From Aureliella sp. (GTDB lineage Bacteria; Planctomycetota; Planctomycetia; Pirellulales; Pirellulaceae), in contig OY829846.1 in assembly GCA_963691875.1 (NCBI GenBank), positions 928,001 to 992,000 of the forward strand: DNA of 64,000 nucleotides, read 5' to 3'. A program made the translations under genes and the position numbers. Under the pieces are notes generated by a model. It had not been told where the DNA came from, made no database searches, and saw nothing but the letters and a program-made list of their open reading frames with translations. Shown here piece after piece: positions 1-9,823 of this stretch. Numbering within the stretch: the stretch's first letter is position 1; the number at the start of each line of letters is the position of its first letter.

Positions 1-446
1 CCTATCTTCATCGCGGGTTGTTTTTTACGGAGCGTTCAAGCACACTTCCGAAAAACTCCATTGTAGAAAATTAGTCCGTCGACCAGGACGCTGAAGATCG
101 TAGTCGCCTCGGGTGTCGCCGGACCTGCGTTTTTAGGATGGCCGCTGTTCCTTGAGCAATGCACCATAATCTTTTCGGTCGAACTCAGAATGGAGGCTAG
201 AAAGTGAGTAATGAGATCGACAACTTGATCGCCAAACTGTTGCCCGAAAAAATATGCTCTTGGTAAAGATGAGCAAAAAGGCTCCCCACGCTTGCAGTCC
301 GTCGCAAATCTAACACTACACGGCGTGACGAAGTCAAAAAAGTCATAAGACACACCATCGATTTTGCTCGCGATAGTCGTGGAAGGTCGGCTGGTCTATA
401 CTGGTCGGCCACAACCCCACACTTTACCCGCTGATGAGCAATTGAA

Positions 447-1997
447 ATGAAATCAAAGCCCTTTTTGCGTCGACTACTCTTGACTCTATTTGGAGTCCTT
501 CAGCTTCTGCCAGGAGTGGGTGCATTCGCTGAGAAGCCGAACATCATCGTCATCATGGCGGACGACTTGGGTTACGGCGACGTATCTTGCTACGGTGCGA
601 CAGCCTTCTCAACGCCCAACATCGACAAATTAGCCTCCGAAGGCCAGCAGTTCACGAGTGGCTATTGCTCGGCATCTACTTGCACACCAACACGCTACTC
701 TTTGCTAACGGGAACATATGCGTTCCGCGGCGAGCGAACCGGGATTGCACCACCAAACTCGCCAGCGATTATCAAACCTGGAACCGAAACCATGCCTTCG
801 CTCCTGCAGCGTGCCGGCTACAAGACTGCGGTGGTCGGCAAGTGGCACTTGGGGCTTGGCGGGCCTGCGGGACCTGACTGGAACAATGATCTCAAACCTG
901 GACCGCTTGAAATTGGCTTCGATACATGTTTTCTGCTACCCACAACCAATGACCGCGTCCCTCAGGTGTACGTGAAAGATCACCGTGTTCCGAATCTAGA
1001 TCCGAAAGATCCTTTGTGGGTAGGAAACAAAAAACCCTCGTCCGATCATCCAACAGGCCAGACTCATCGCGACACGCTGAAGATGGATTGGTCGCACGGT
1101 CACAATTCGACCATTCATAACGGCATTAGTCGCATTGGGTTTTACACTGGCGGAGAAGCTGCACGGTTCCGCGACGAAGATTTGGCGGACAAGTGGGTAG
1201 AGGAATCAGTCAAGTTCATCGAAGCCAATAAGGACGGGCCGTTCTTCCTCTTCTTTGCTTCGCACGACATTCATGTGCCGCGTATTCCGCACGAGCGTTT
1301 TCAGGGGGCAACTGAACTTGGATTCCGAGCGGACTCGATCATCCAATTTGATTGGTGTGTTGGCGAGCTGATGAAAACGCTAGATAGACTGAAGATTGCG
1401 GACAACACGCTCATTGTGTTTTGCTCGGACAATGGTCCTGTGATGGATGACGGCTACAAGGACTTCGCTCTGGAGAAGCTCGGCAAGCACCGTGCTGCAG
1501 GACAATACACCGGAGGGAAATACAGCGTCTATGAAGGTGGTACCCGCACGCCATTGATCACTCGTTGGAAGGGCCGCATTCAGCCTGGCGTCAGCGACGA
1601 GCTAGTCTGCACGATCGACTTGGCAGCGAGCCTCGCCAAGTTGGCTGATCAACCAATGCCCGAGAATGCTTGCCTTGACAGCATGGATGTCCTCAGTGCT
1701 TTCCTTGGCGAAACAGGTGCCAAAGGACGCTCGCATTTGGTGCAGCAAGACAACGGAAACAATGGAACCTTTGGCTTGCGAGTTGGCGATTGGAAATTGC
1801 ATCGATACGACAAGAAACGTGCTCGCAACGTGGTCGTAGAAAAGCAACTGGCAAACACGCAAGTGCCGCAGTTTCAGTTGTTCAACCTCAAGGATGATCC
1901 TACTGAGTCGAAGAATTTGGCCAAATCTCATCCTGAAAAGTTGACGGAACTCAAATCGATGCTTGCGGATCTGATCGCCAAAGGCCGGAGTCGCTAG
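447..1997 (+). CDS. Arylsulfatase-family sulfatase (Cys-type), exported
   Basis: Signal peptide, PNIIVIMADDLGYGD, CTPTR formylglycine motif followed by SLLTG, GKWHLG, SDNG, YEGGTRTP. Confidence 0.93.
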   Translation: MKSKPFLRRLLLTLFGVLQLLPGVGAFAEKPNIIVIMADDLGYGDVSCYGATAFSTPNIDKLASEGQQFTSGYCSASTCTPTRYSLLTGTYAFRGERTGIAPPNSPAIIKPGTETMPSLLQRAGYKTAVVGKWHLGLGGPAGPDWNNDLKPGPLEIGFDTCFLLPTTNDRVPQVYVKDHRVPNLDPKDPLWVGNKKPSSDHPTGQTHRDTLKMDWSHGHNSTIHNGISRIGFYTGGEAARFRDEDLADKWVEESVKFIEANKDGPFFLFFASHDIHVPRIPHERFQGATELGFRADSIIQFDWCVGELMKTLDRLKIADNTLIVFCSDNGPVMDDGYKDFALEKLGKHRAAGQYTGGKYSVYEGGTRTPLITRWKGRIQPGVSDELVCTIDLAASLAKLADQPMPENACLDSMDVLSAFLGETGAKGRSHLVQQDNGNNGTFGLRVGDWKLHRYDKKRARNVVVEKQLANTQVPQFQLFNLKDDPTESKNLAKSHPEKLTELKSMLADLIAKGRSR

Positions 1998-2146
1998 TTT
2001 TGCGTGCTACGTTCTGCAGGCCATGTCGATCGCACCATCCCGCCACTAGTGGTACTTCATTCTGTGCCAACGGTCGGCACAGATTCCGGTTGCAAGGAAC
2101 AAATCAACATTACCGAGTGGCGACTCCGTAATTACTACGCAAATAC

Positions 2147-2193
2147 TGCGTGTAAAGCTTGGGTGCGTGTAAAACGCGGCTTATGTTTACGCA
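2147..2193. promoter_or_regulatory. Direct repeat TGCGTGTAAA x2 (2147-2156, 2164-2173) plus a partial inverted copy TTTACGCA (2186-2193); possible operator
   Basis: Repeats read directly from the sequence, just upstream of the candidate sRNA. Function is inferred. Confidence 0.35.
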
Positions 2194-2207
2194 GTGGTTT
2201 GGTTACT

Positions 2208-2351
2208 GCTGACCTCCAACGAGTTCTTGCCCCACTCGGGTCGGCGGAAACCATGTCACGGGCACTTAGCTGAGACTCAAACTCATTGCCCCACTTCGAG
2301 TCTTGGCTGCCCAAGAACTACCCGCCGATCATGATGGTCGGCGGGTTTTTT
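2208..2351 (+). ncRNA. Candidate structured small RNA or leader: two hairpins with UUGCCCC(AC) loops followed by an intrinsic terminator
   Basis: Manual pairing: 2208-2214/2239-2245 plus 2220-2224/2234-2238; 2260-2263/2309-2312 plus 2268-2278/2298-2308. TTGCCCCACT occurs at the tip of both hairpins. Terminator at 2321-2351. Confidence 0.45.
2321..2351 (+). terminator. Rho-independent terminator
   Basis: CCCGCCGATCA-TGA-TGGTCGGCGGG 11-bp stem followed by TTTTTT. Confidence 0.8.
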
Positions 2352-2448
2352 CGTACCTTGCTACCATCAAGCAATGCAGTAGGATTGTGCCGGAATCGTG
2401 CATATCACGCGCGACGTTGAGCTCACCTCCCTAGATCGCTGAATTTGC

Positions 2449-3072
2449 ATGGCCAAGCTGTACTTCTATTACTCAACGATGAATGCGGGCAAGTCGACGA
2501 CTTTGCTGCAGTCGAGTTACAACTACCACGAACGCGGTATGAAAACGTTGATCCTCCTGCCGGAGATCGACACGCGATTTGGAGCAGGAAAAGTCTCATC
2601 GCGGATTGGCTTGGAAGCAGAGGCCCAAACATTTACAACCGCAGACAACTTGGAATCGATGATTGTCGAGCTTTTGGAAAGTCAGACGATCGACTGCGTT
2701 CTCGTAGACGAAGCCCAATTCCTAACCAAATATCAAGTCAAACAGCTTAGTAATGTGACGGACGACTTGGACATCCCCGTGCTCGCCTACGGCCTGCGGG
2801 TTGACTTCCAAGGCAACTTGTTCGAAGGCAGTCAACAACTCTTGGCATGGGCCGACACGATGACAGAGATCAAGACCATCTGCCACTGTGGACGCAAAGC
2901 GACGATGGTGCTCAGGATGGATGGGCAAGGGCGCGTGATCAAAGAAGGTAGCCAAGTTCAGATTGGCGGTAACGAACGTTACACTTCTGTTTGCCGCAAG
3001 CATTTCAAGAGTGGCATGGCCGAGCGCATTCCGAACGAACTTCCCTTCGAGGAAGCCGAAACGCTCGAATAG
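2449..3072 (+). CDS. tdk: Thymidine kinase
   Basis: [18 protein letters not shown]-loop, [15 protein letters not shown], zinc-binding CHCG...[13 protein letters not shown]. Confidence 0.97.
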   Translation: MAKLYFYYSTMNAGKSTTLLQSSYNYHERGMKTLILLPEIDTRFGAGKVSSRIGLEAEAQTFTTADNLESMIVELLESQTIDCVLVDEAQFLTKYQVKQLSNVTDDLDIPVLAYGLRVDFQGNLFEGSQQLLAWADTMTEIKTICHCGRKATMVLRMDGQGRVIKEGSQVQIGGNERYTSVCRKHFKSGMAERIPNELPFEEAETLE

Positions 3073-3799
3073 CTATTTTGTTGCCTTGAGCAGAAATTAA
3101 AGCGTCCAGTAGAAATTCGGTGCACTTGTGCGACGAATCCTCCAGCTATAGATCGCAGATTGCTCGACTAAGACGCCTATCGCCACTCTCCGAAACTTCT
3201 CTGCCCACGAAGCAAAGTTGTCCCGCCAGTGACGCAGAGCTGCTTAATTAAGCTCACATCCGACATTTACAGTCAACTCATGCCATATCAGATCTAAGGA
3301 GAAGTTTATAAATTAGCGAGTTTCTGTGACCACTCCCGGTGTGAATGGATTTGTGAGCGATTCTCGTCGAAAGAAGCGTCCGGGTTCACGACTCAAGAGT
3401 ACCATTCACTCAAATCGAAATGGATGTTTGAGCTACAAACAGATGGGATCGACGCTCAAAAAGAGGAGAAAGGATAAGCACAATGGAAGCAACGATTTTC
3501 GTAACGATTCTCAGCCACTCTTGCTGGCATGTCAGCTCTTATCCAGGCCGGGAAGCTAAAGCGAGTCCATCCAGCAGTCTGATCAGCTAGACCTAGTTGG
3601 ACGACAATCCTCTGCGATCGCAAGCCGAGAATCAGATAAACTGCTCACGTTTGGATTGCTGGATCCGTACCTTCAACTGCTAGTGAAGTTCTGAGAGCTA
3701 ACGAGGTCATGGATTAGGAGAAACTTGGCCTCTTCCATAAAGAAATTATAGAGAAACACCCGCGCAAAATTGACAGGTCTTGCCTAACGTCGACGATCA

Positions 3800-4181
3800 G
3801 GTCGTATCGAGAGCTACTAGAATCTAAGTGAGAACGTTCGATCCGAGTCCTAAGTTCAGCAGCTGATTGCTACCGAACATCAGCAGATGACGCTGCTTCA
3901 CAAACTGTTCTCACGATTTGCCAAGGTGCGCGTATGCAAAGAACGACTGCTGGACCACGCGTTTATCCTATTCGGCCGCAACGCGGTTGACGCCGCCCCC
4001 CACGACAAAAGGCTGCTAGATATGCTGATCGCGGGCGGCGGACTCAAGTAAGAGCCTCACCTTCCGACGCGACTACAATCAACCGCTGTGCAACCTGTAG
4101 GTGACCATGCTCCAACACCTTCGTGTAGAATCAAAAGCCTTCGGCGCCAGCACAGACACTTTGAATGAAATCGTCAAATGA
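3800..4181 (+). pseudogene. DUF1552-family protein, degraded 3' remnant
   Basis: Manual translation gives LLDHAFILFGRNAVDAAPHDKRLLDMLIAGGGLK* and then, after a frameshift, DYNQPLCNL*VTMLQHLRVESKAFGASTDTLNEIVK*, which matches the typical DUF1552 C-terminus. Several internal stops. The final stop overlaps the next ATG (ATGA). Confidence 0.7.
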
Positions 4182-4912
4182 ATCAGATGCGATTCGCCAT
4201 TAAACAACTAGTTTTACTAGGTATCGCTCTTTGCTATGTGTCAGCAGGTGCCGCTGCTGGCGGAGATACACTGTTCGAAAAGGAGATCCGCCCACTGGTC
4301 GAGCGATACTGCAATGGCTGTCACTCGGGGGACACCACGGAGGCGGACATCGATCTTGGTTCCTTTGCAACTTACGTAGATTTACGGCGTCAGTTGGACG
4401 TCTGGCTCAAAGTTCGCACCATGCTGGACAGTCGGCAAATGCCGCCGAAAGATTCACGGCAGCCCACCGACGACCAGCGGAAACGATTGCAATCGTGGGT
4501 GCGGGCGTTTCTCGCTCGGGAGGCGGAAGCCACGGCTGGTGACCCTGGACCGGTTGTTCTACGAAGGTTGAACAATGAAGAGTACAACTACTCAGTTCGC
4601 GACCTGACGGGCGTCACTTCGCTCGATCCGACTCGCGAGTTTCCCGTGGACGGTGCGGCGGGTGAGGGTTTTATCAACACCGCTTCCGCGCAGTCGATGT
4701 CGTCGGCGCTGGTTCAGAAGTACCTCGACGCGGCAAAGCATGTTGCCGCACACGCCGTGCTGTTGCCGGATGGGATCACGTTTTCGCCCAGCAATTCTCG
4801 GCGAGACTGGACTGACGAAAGAGTGGCGGCAAGTTGTGGCTACAGGACTCAGGGCCGGAGGTTTGGTTTCGCAACCTTCGTTGGCGGAAGATTCCCGATG
4901 AAGAGCGAGTGA
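4178..4912 (+). pseudogene. Planctomycete cytochrome c / DUF1587 protein, truncated
   Basis: Signal peptide, CNGCH heme motif, MPP, LRRLNNEEYNYSVRDLTG (DUF1587). Homology ends near RRDWTDE (~4820). The usual DUF1592/1588/1585 domains are missing. Confidence 0.75.
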
Positions 4913-5016
4913 CGGCGGATCCCAAGTTCGTTCCTCTGGCTGTCACTGGAGACACTTCGAACAAGGCACAGGAGCTTGTTGAGCGAATGCTGAAAGCACA
5001 AAACAAGAAGCCATGA
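4822..5016 (+). pseudogene. 3' remnant of a DUF1080 (3-keto-disaccharide hydrolase-like) gene
   Basis: An alternative frame reads GGKLWLQDSGPEVWFRNLRWRKIP, matching the DUF1080 C-terminal motif G.i.LQdHG..VwFRNi. Confidence 0.65.
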
Positions 5017-5079
5017 AAAAGAACCATCTACTCGCGATTCACCCATGCTTGCCATCTTCCGGCGTCTGATGTGTAATCT

Positions 5080-6426
5080 ATGACTCAAGACTTCGAGAGA
5101 GATGATTTGAGCTATATCACTCAACAGAACGCAGCTTGCTCACCTTGGAATACGTTAATATTCTTGGGGAATCTTATTGCGGCCGCTGTCGTGTTCATTC
5201 TGATGCAGAGTCCAGCAATTGCGGTGGATGACTTTGCATTACAGCTTCTGGACGCGTCCGACGCACAGATCGAGAAGCTTAATGCCGGTAAACTGGAGGG
5301 CTTGCTCGAACTGGCTCCGGTCAACCTGCCGGTCAACCCGCCGGGTGATTGCAATCACTACGGCTGGCCGATTGCGACGATGTCGGAAGACACGATCGTC
5401 GTGATGCACCGTCGCATTCCTGGACACCGGGCCAAGGGCGCAGGCAAGCCGCATCCCAAGATGTCCTACGGCGTGGTGCTTCGTAGCGACGATGGTGGCA
5501 AGACGTGGTCCGAGCCTTACGACTTGCGGGACTGCATGAAGCCGGAAGATCTTAAACGCGGTGGCATCGTACCGCTTTCTCATCGAGTAAAGTTCGACAA
5601 GGGAAACAAATCGCCGCTCGGTTACAAAGTCCATCTGCACGCCATCGGGACGGCCCGTGGCGGCGCGGTCATCGCTGTTAACAACCACGGTGTCTTCCGC
5701 AGTGACGACGTGGGCCGCACGTGGGAACATTTTTCCAAGGCTTTACGTGAGGATACCTTTAAGCACGCCATCATCAACATTGGCCCGCGCATTCTTGAAG
5801 ATCCCAGGCACGGGCTGCTTGTGTTCGGCAACTGGTTCGGCGAGGTGGATCAGTACCACAAGTACTCTGAGAAACTGGTTGTTCTTCGTTCACCCGATGG
5901 CGGCGCAACATGGCTGCCCGAAGAACATCCAGCCGGGTTCAAGCAATACGAACCGGCTGCGATCTTCCACGATGGGCAATATCACATCGTTACGCGCGAT
6001 CAAAACAAGGTGCGAGCCCACCGACAGATGACTTGGCTGCCCGGCCAGGAGCCAACAATCACGAAGACAAACCTGCAAGACCCGCGATTGGTGGACACGG
6101 TCGACTTGTCGTTCAATCCTGTGACAATGCGGTTCGAAGTTGTGCGTAGCGAACGGCATCGGATGGAGCTATGGCTTTGGAGCATCGCGCCGGAGGACTG
6201 GTCCCAAGGCGACTGGCGTCGCGAGTGCCGCCTGTTTCAGCGTCAGGGGAAATTCTACGGAGACGCCGACGGTTTCCATCCCGCTGGAGCGGTCATCGAC
6301 GAACAACGCGGAGTCCAACACATCTTCCTCTACAGTGGCCACCCCAACGGCCCAGCGGGCGTGTTCCGCCTGACGCGAACGCTCGATACGCCGAAACTGG
6401 TAACGTTCTTGCGAAAGGATCAGTGA
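5080..6426 (+). CDS. Exported BNR/Asp-box beta-propeller protein (sialidase-like); start uncertain
   Basis: Three Asp-boxes (SDDGGKTW, SDDVGRTW, SPDGGATW) and a hydrophobic N-terminal segment. Confidence 0.75.
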   Translation: MTQDFERDDLSYITQQNAACSPWNTLIFLGNLIAAAVVFILMQSPAIAVDDFALQLLDASDAQIEKLNAGKLEGLLELAPVNLPVNPPGDCNHYGWPIATMSEDTIVVMHRRIPGHRAKGAGKPHPKMSYGVVLRSDDGGKTWSEPYDLRDCMKPEDLKRGGIVPLSHRVKFDKGNKSPLGYKVHLHAIGTARGGAVIAVNNHGVFRSDDVGRTWEHFSKALREDTFKHAIINIGPRILEDPRHGLLVFGNWFGEVDQYHKYSEKLVVLRSPDGGATWLPEEHPAGFKQYEPAAIFHDGQYHIVTRDQNKVRAHRQMTWLPGQEPTITKTNLQDPRLVDTVDLSFNPVTMRFEVVRSERHRMELWLWSIAPEDWSQGDWRRECRLFQRQGKFYGDADGFHPAGAVIDEQRGVQHIFLYSGHPNGPAGVFRLTRTLDTPKLVTFLRKDQ

Positions 6427-7874
6427 TGAAACAACTAAACCGTTCGATGATTGCCGCATGGATCGCTTTGTTCTGCTTCACGGCCATTACCCAGGCTGCC
6501 GAACCGATTGAGATCGGCTCGCGTCGTGAGTTGTTCGTTGATAACCATTTGATTGGATCGCTGGACCGCGTCCGGCTTGTCCTGCATCGCCCGGAGCCGC
6601 GCGAAATCGTGTTCCGGTTCGATCAACCGTGGGAAGGGCTGTACAGCGGATATGAAACCGTGCTGAAGGACGGCGATACATACCGGTTCTATTACCGCGG
6701 CATGCCCGAGGCGAAACACGACCTTGATACGGAGGTTACCTGTGTTGCCGAAAGCAAAGATGGAATCCACTGGACGCGGCCCGAACTGGACATCTACGAA
6801 GTTCACGGTACCAAAGCCAATAACGTGGTGCTGGCGCGTAATCGCGGCTGCCACAACCTAGCTCCGTTCATCGACACCAACCCGGATTGCCCGACCGACC
6901 AGCGGTATAAAGCACTCGGCGGGACCGGCAAGCCCGGGCTGCTGGCCTTCGCTTCTGCCGACGGCCTGAACTGGAAGCAGCTCCAGGCGGAGCCCGTGAT
7001 TACGAAAGGCGCGTTCGACTCTCAAAACAATGCGTTCTGGTCGGCGAGTGAGCAGCAGTACGTCTGCTATTTTCGCGTATTTCGTGAGGGAAAACGCTGG
7101 ATCGCCCGCACGTCTTCCAAGGACTTCATACACTGGAGCGAGCCGATCGACCTGGAGTTGGGCGGCCAACCTCGTGAGCACCTCTACACAAACCAGTTCG
7201 ATCCTTATGTTCGAGCGCCGCACATCTACCTGGGGCTTCCGACCCGCTACCTGCCCGGGCGCCGCGTTTTGACCGACGAAGAAGCCAGGCAAATCGGCAC
7301 GCCTACGAAATGGAATTACGTGAACGATTGCACGGACATCTTGTTGGTGTCGGCTCGCGGTGGCGACAACTTCCAGCGAACGTTTATGGAAGCCTTCGTC
7401 CGGCCGGGCGGGGATCTGCAGAACTGGACATCGCGGGCCAATTATGCGGCTCGCGGCATCGTGCAGACCGGTCCCCGAGAGTTGTCTCTCTACGTGAAGC
7501 ATCATTCAGGCTATCCGTCGAATCACGTTCGGCGGTATGTCATCCGACCCGACGGTTTCGCCTCAGTGCGGGCTCCCTACGCCGGCGGCGAATTTATCAC
7601 CAAACCATTTGTTTTTTCGGGCGAGAAGCTGTCGCTCAACTTCGCCACATCGGCAGTCGGTGGGCTGTTCGTCGAAATCCAGACCGCAGACGGGAGTCCG
7701 ATTGAAGGTTTCTCACAGCAGGACTGCCCGGAGATGATCGGAGACCACATCGATCAAACCGTGACGTGGAGGAATGGCGAGGATGTGAGCCACTTGGCCG
7801 GCAAGCCCATCCGCCTGCGGTTCGTAATGAAAGACGCGGATCTTTACTCACTGCAATTCAGCAACAAAAAGTAA
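6426..7874 (+). CDS. Exported five-bladed beta-propeller glycoside-hydrolase-like protein (GH32/GH43/GH130 fold)
   Basis: True start is probably the ATG at 6426, overlapping the upstream TGA. Signal peptide, IGSRRELFVD, AESKDGIHWTRP, SADGLNW, SKDFIHWSEP, C-terminal RLRFVMKDADLYSLQF. Confidence 0.75.
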   Translation: MKQLNRSMIAAWIALFCFTAITQAAEPIEIGSRRELFVDNHLIGSLDRVRLVLHRPEPREIVFRFDQPWEGLYSGYETVLKDGDTYRFYYRGMPEAKHDLDTEVTCVAESKDGIHWTRPELDIYEVHGTKANNVVLARNRGCHNLAPFIDTNPDCPTDQRYKALGGTGKPGLLAFASADGLNWKQLQAEPVITKGAFDSQNNAFWSASEQQYVCYFRVFREGKRWIARTSSKDFIHWSEPIDLELGGQPREHLYTNQFDPYVRAPHIYLGLPTRYLPGRRVLTDEEARQIGTPTKWNYVNDCTDILLVSARGGDNFQRTFMEAFVRPGGDLQNWTSRANYAARGIVQTGPRELSLYVKHHSGYPSNHVRRYVIRPDGFASVRAPYAGGEFITKPFVFSGEKLSLNFATSAVGGLFVEIQTADGSPIEGFSQQDCPEMIGDHIDQTVTWRNGEDVSHLAGKPIRLRFVMKDADLYSLQFSNKK

Positions 7875-7888
7875 GTACTTCTTGCAAC

Positions 7889-7917
7889 AACTCTTCGCCA
7901 ACGTCGGAAGAGTTTTT
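7889..7917 (+). terminator. Probable intrinsic terminator
   Basis: AACTCTTC/GAAGAGTT stem followed by a T run, just after the stop at 7874. Confidence 0.55.
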
Positions 7918-8131
7918 CTCGGAGTATCTCGGTTAAAGTCGTCTGGGGTTCGCAGAGGTAACAGTACGGAGAACCAAGTTTCTGTCTGACTATTCCGACT
8001 TCCGTCATCGAGCGGCGACCGATTGCAGTTCAACGCGGACATCAAATCTTTCTCGATTGGGAATTCGATGCATTATCATAGAGTGGACCTAATCACGTAA
8101 TTTGCGGATCCCGAGCGATCGCCCAACCAAC

Positions 8132-8216
8132 TTCGCGTTTGCCTCATTTTCGCGTTTGCCTCATTTTCGCGTTTGCCTCATTTTCGCGTTTGCCTCATTT
8201 TCGCGTTTGCCTCATT
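8132..8216. repeat. Perfect tandem repeat, 5 x 17 bp (TTCGCGTTTGCCTCATT)
   Basis: Five identical head-to-tail units with no spacers. Confidence 0.97.
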
Positions 8217-8412
8217 CATAATGATGGGCGGAAGAAACGGTCTTCGAGATTTTTGACGGTTTTGCGTACAGTCGCAGAGCAAATCGCGTAGGTCACTAGA
8301 AAAAAAACCGTTGGATAACGGAATCGCTCTGATTGCACACGACAATTGTCGAATCCCGCGAACTTTTTTGTTCGCTGTTTCCCTAACGGGCGAAACTCCC
8401 AAGCGTGGTCTA

Positions 8413-8686
8413 GGTAGTGTCCGTCAATTTGCACACATTTGATTTTGATGTTTTGTCTTTGAACTGCTTTCGATAAGCCCCTCTCGCCTCCACCATCGCA
8501 TCGGAGTTCAGGATTTACCAGGTCGCATCGATCGCGAAGGCGGGAGAGGGCGGCTCCCTTTTGTCGAGCCAGTGCTACAGTCAGCTCGCCGCTTTCTCAA
8601 TCATCCGCTTCTCTTTCAGGCGGTTCATGTCCAGGTAAGCCCGGTACCCCCGCTTCGTTCAGGCGATGTGTCGCAGCCGGGCGGGC
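8413..8686 (-). mobile_element. IS256-family insertion sequence remnant (transposase C-terminus plus right inverted repeat)
   Basis: The minus strand reads ARLRHIA*TKRGYRAYLDMNRLKEK...AAS* (stop at 8581), like the IS256 tail ARLRHIAGTKWGTRxYLDM. It is followed by ...ATGTGTGCAAATTGACGGACACTACC, an IS256-type terminus ending at 8413. Confidence 0.7.
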
Positions 8687-9737
8687 GATTCGTTTAACGT
8701 CAATAGCACTAGGGATTAGCTAGCGGCTCGATAGGCGTGCAAAATCCTGGCTTAAATGTCACGTATCGAATCACAGAAATATCCCACGTAGTAAGATGTG
8801 TTTTTACGAGGCTACTTGCGGGCGAGGTAATTGTTGGAGCTTTAGTAAATCTCTTCCGTCCGCTTGCTGCGGGGTGCCCATAATTACTTGCCTAACTTTT
8901 TTGAGGTCGAAATTCACCCTTCAAAGTTCGAAACGGCGTGAAACTACACTTTTTCCCATTTGTGCATTGTTTTGTAATTGGGTTGGAGAGTGGATAGGCA
9001 TTTGAGACCTATGCGAAACTTGGTAACTGTTCCCATAGCACCTAGTTGCGAGGCGAAATTACCGCTTTCTTTTTTGACCGGCGATACCTTTGGCCATGTC
9101 CTAAGGAAAACAGTTACGCGCTGAAACTTCTCGAAACAAAATTGCTACGTCAAATCCAAAGCTGTTGCGGGACTGGTTTCAAACGTAGATGACACCATGC
9201 CAGTGGTTGCTCGACTAGTTCGAAACCAAGATTTCAGTTGGTGTTCAAGCCAACTTCGCGACGTTGCAACATTCGCTTCCACCGGTTTTCTTTCTAAAGC
9301 CGTGTCATCTGTCTTGCGATGCAGTTTCATGCTCTATCCTCGGCCAGGGTGAATTGCCACGATTAAAACACGCGGCCTGGCGTGTTATCGCCATTCGTGG
9401 CGAATCAGCGGCAAACGAAGACGATCGAGATTCGCGCAGAATGCGTCCTGTATAAACTCCACGCCGGCTTTGGAATTAACGAGTTTTGGACAAGCGAATT
9501 AATCCAGGGAAGCTTCAGGAAACGATGCATCGGCTTGCTCTAGGTCGAATGGTAACCCTAAAGGAAAGGAGTTTATTTGCTTCAATTGCCTCTAGTCAAC
9601 CAATGTGAACGGATTGGCTGGAAGCTAGGTGGATCGCTAACCGTGCGTCATTGCCACAGGTACAGTCTGTTAATTTCTAAGTGACCAAGCAAGTAGACAG
9701 ATAGCGTTTCGCTGGCACTTGCGATTATCTGATTTGA

Positions 9738-9766
9738 TTCCGAAGGTTCCGACTAAACCTTCGGAA
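9738..9766. promoter_or_regulatory. Perfect 11-bp inverted repeat (TTCCGAAGGTT-N7-AACCTTCGGAA) upstream of the PEP-CTERM gene
   Basis: Seen directly, ~57 nt before the ATG at 9824. It could be an operator or a 5'-UTR hairpin. Confidence 0.45.
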
Positions 9767-9823
9767 CGAATTTCAAACAAAATTTCGTCTTCAACAATCT
9801 AACTTCAATTTTGGAAACAACTG

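Noticed and set aside
36..412. Minus-strand ORFs at the window start
   Set aside because: They do not look like proteins and probably lie in the promoter region of the sulfatase.
6171..6425. N-terminal 85 aa of the 567-aa ORF
   Set aside because: It overlaps the upstream gene out of frame. The signal peptide begins at the coupled ATG at 6426.
8132..8216. Possible CRISPR array
   Set aside because: The units are contiguous with no spacers, only 17 bp long, and no cas genes are in the window.
8468..8495. TTCGATAAGCCCCTCTCGCCTCCACCA resembling a tRNA/tmRNA 3' end (att site)
   Set aside because: It has no proper T-arm or upstream cloverleaf, does not match the tRNA-Arg end, and lies inside the IS256 remnant.
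9000..9720. Possible riboswitch or sigma-54 promoter upstream of the PEP-CTERM gene
   Set aside because: I could not fit a c-di-GMP or other aptamer consensus, and TGGCAC at ~9713 lacks the correctly spaced TTGC.
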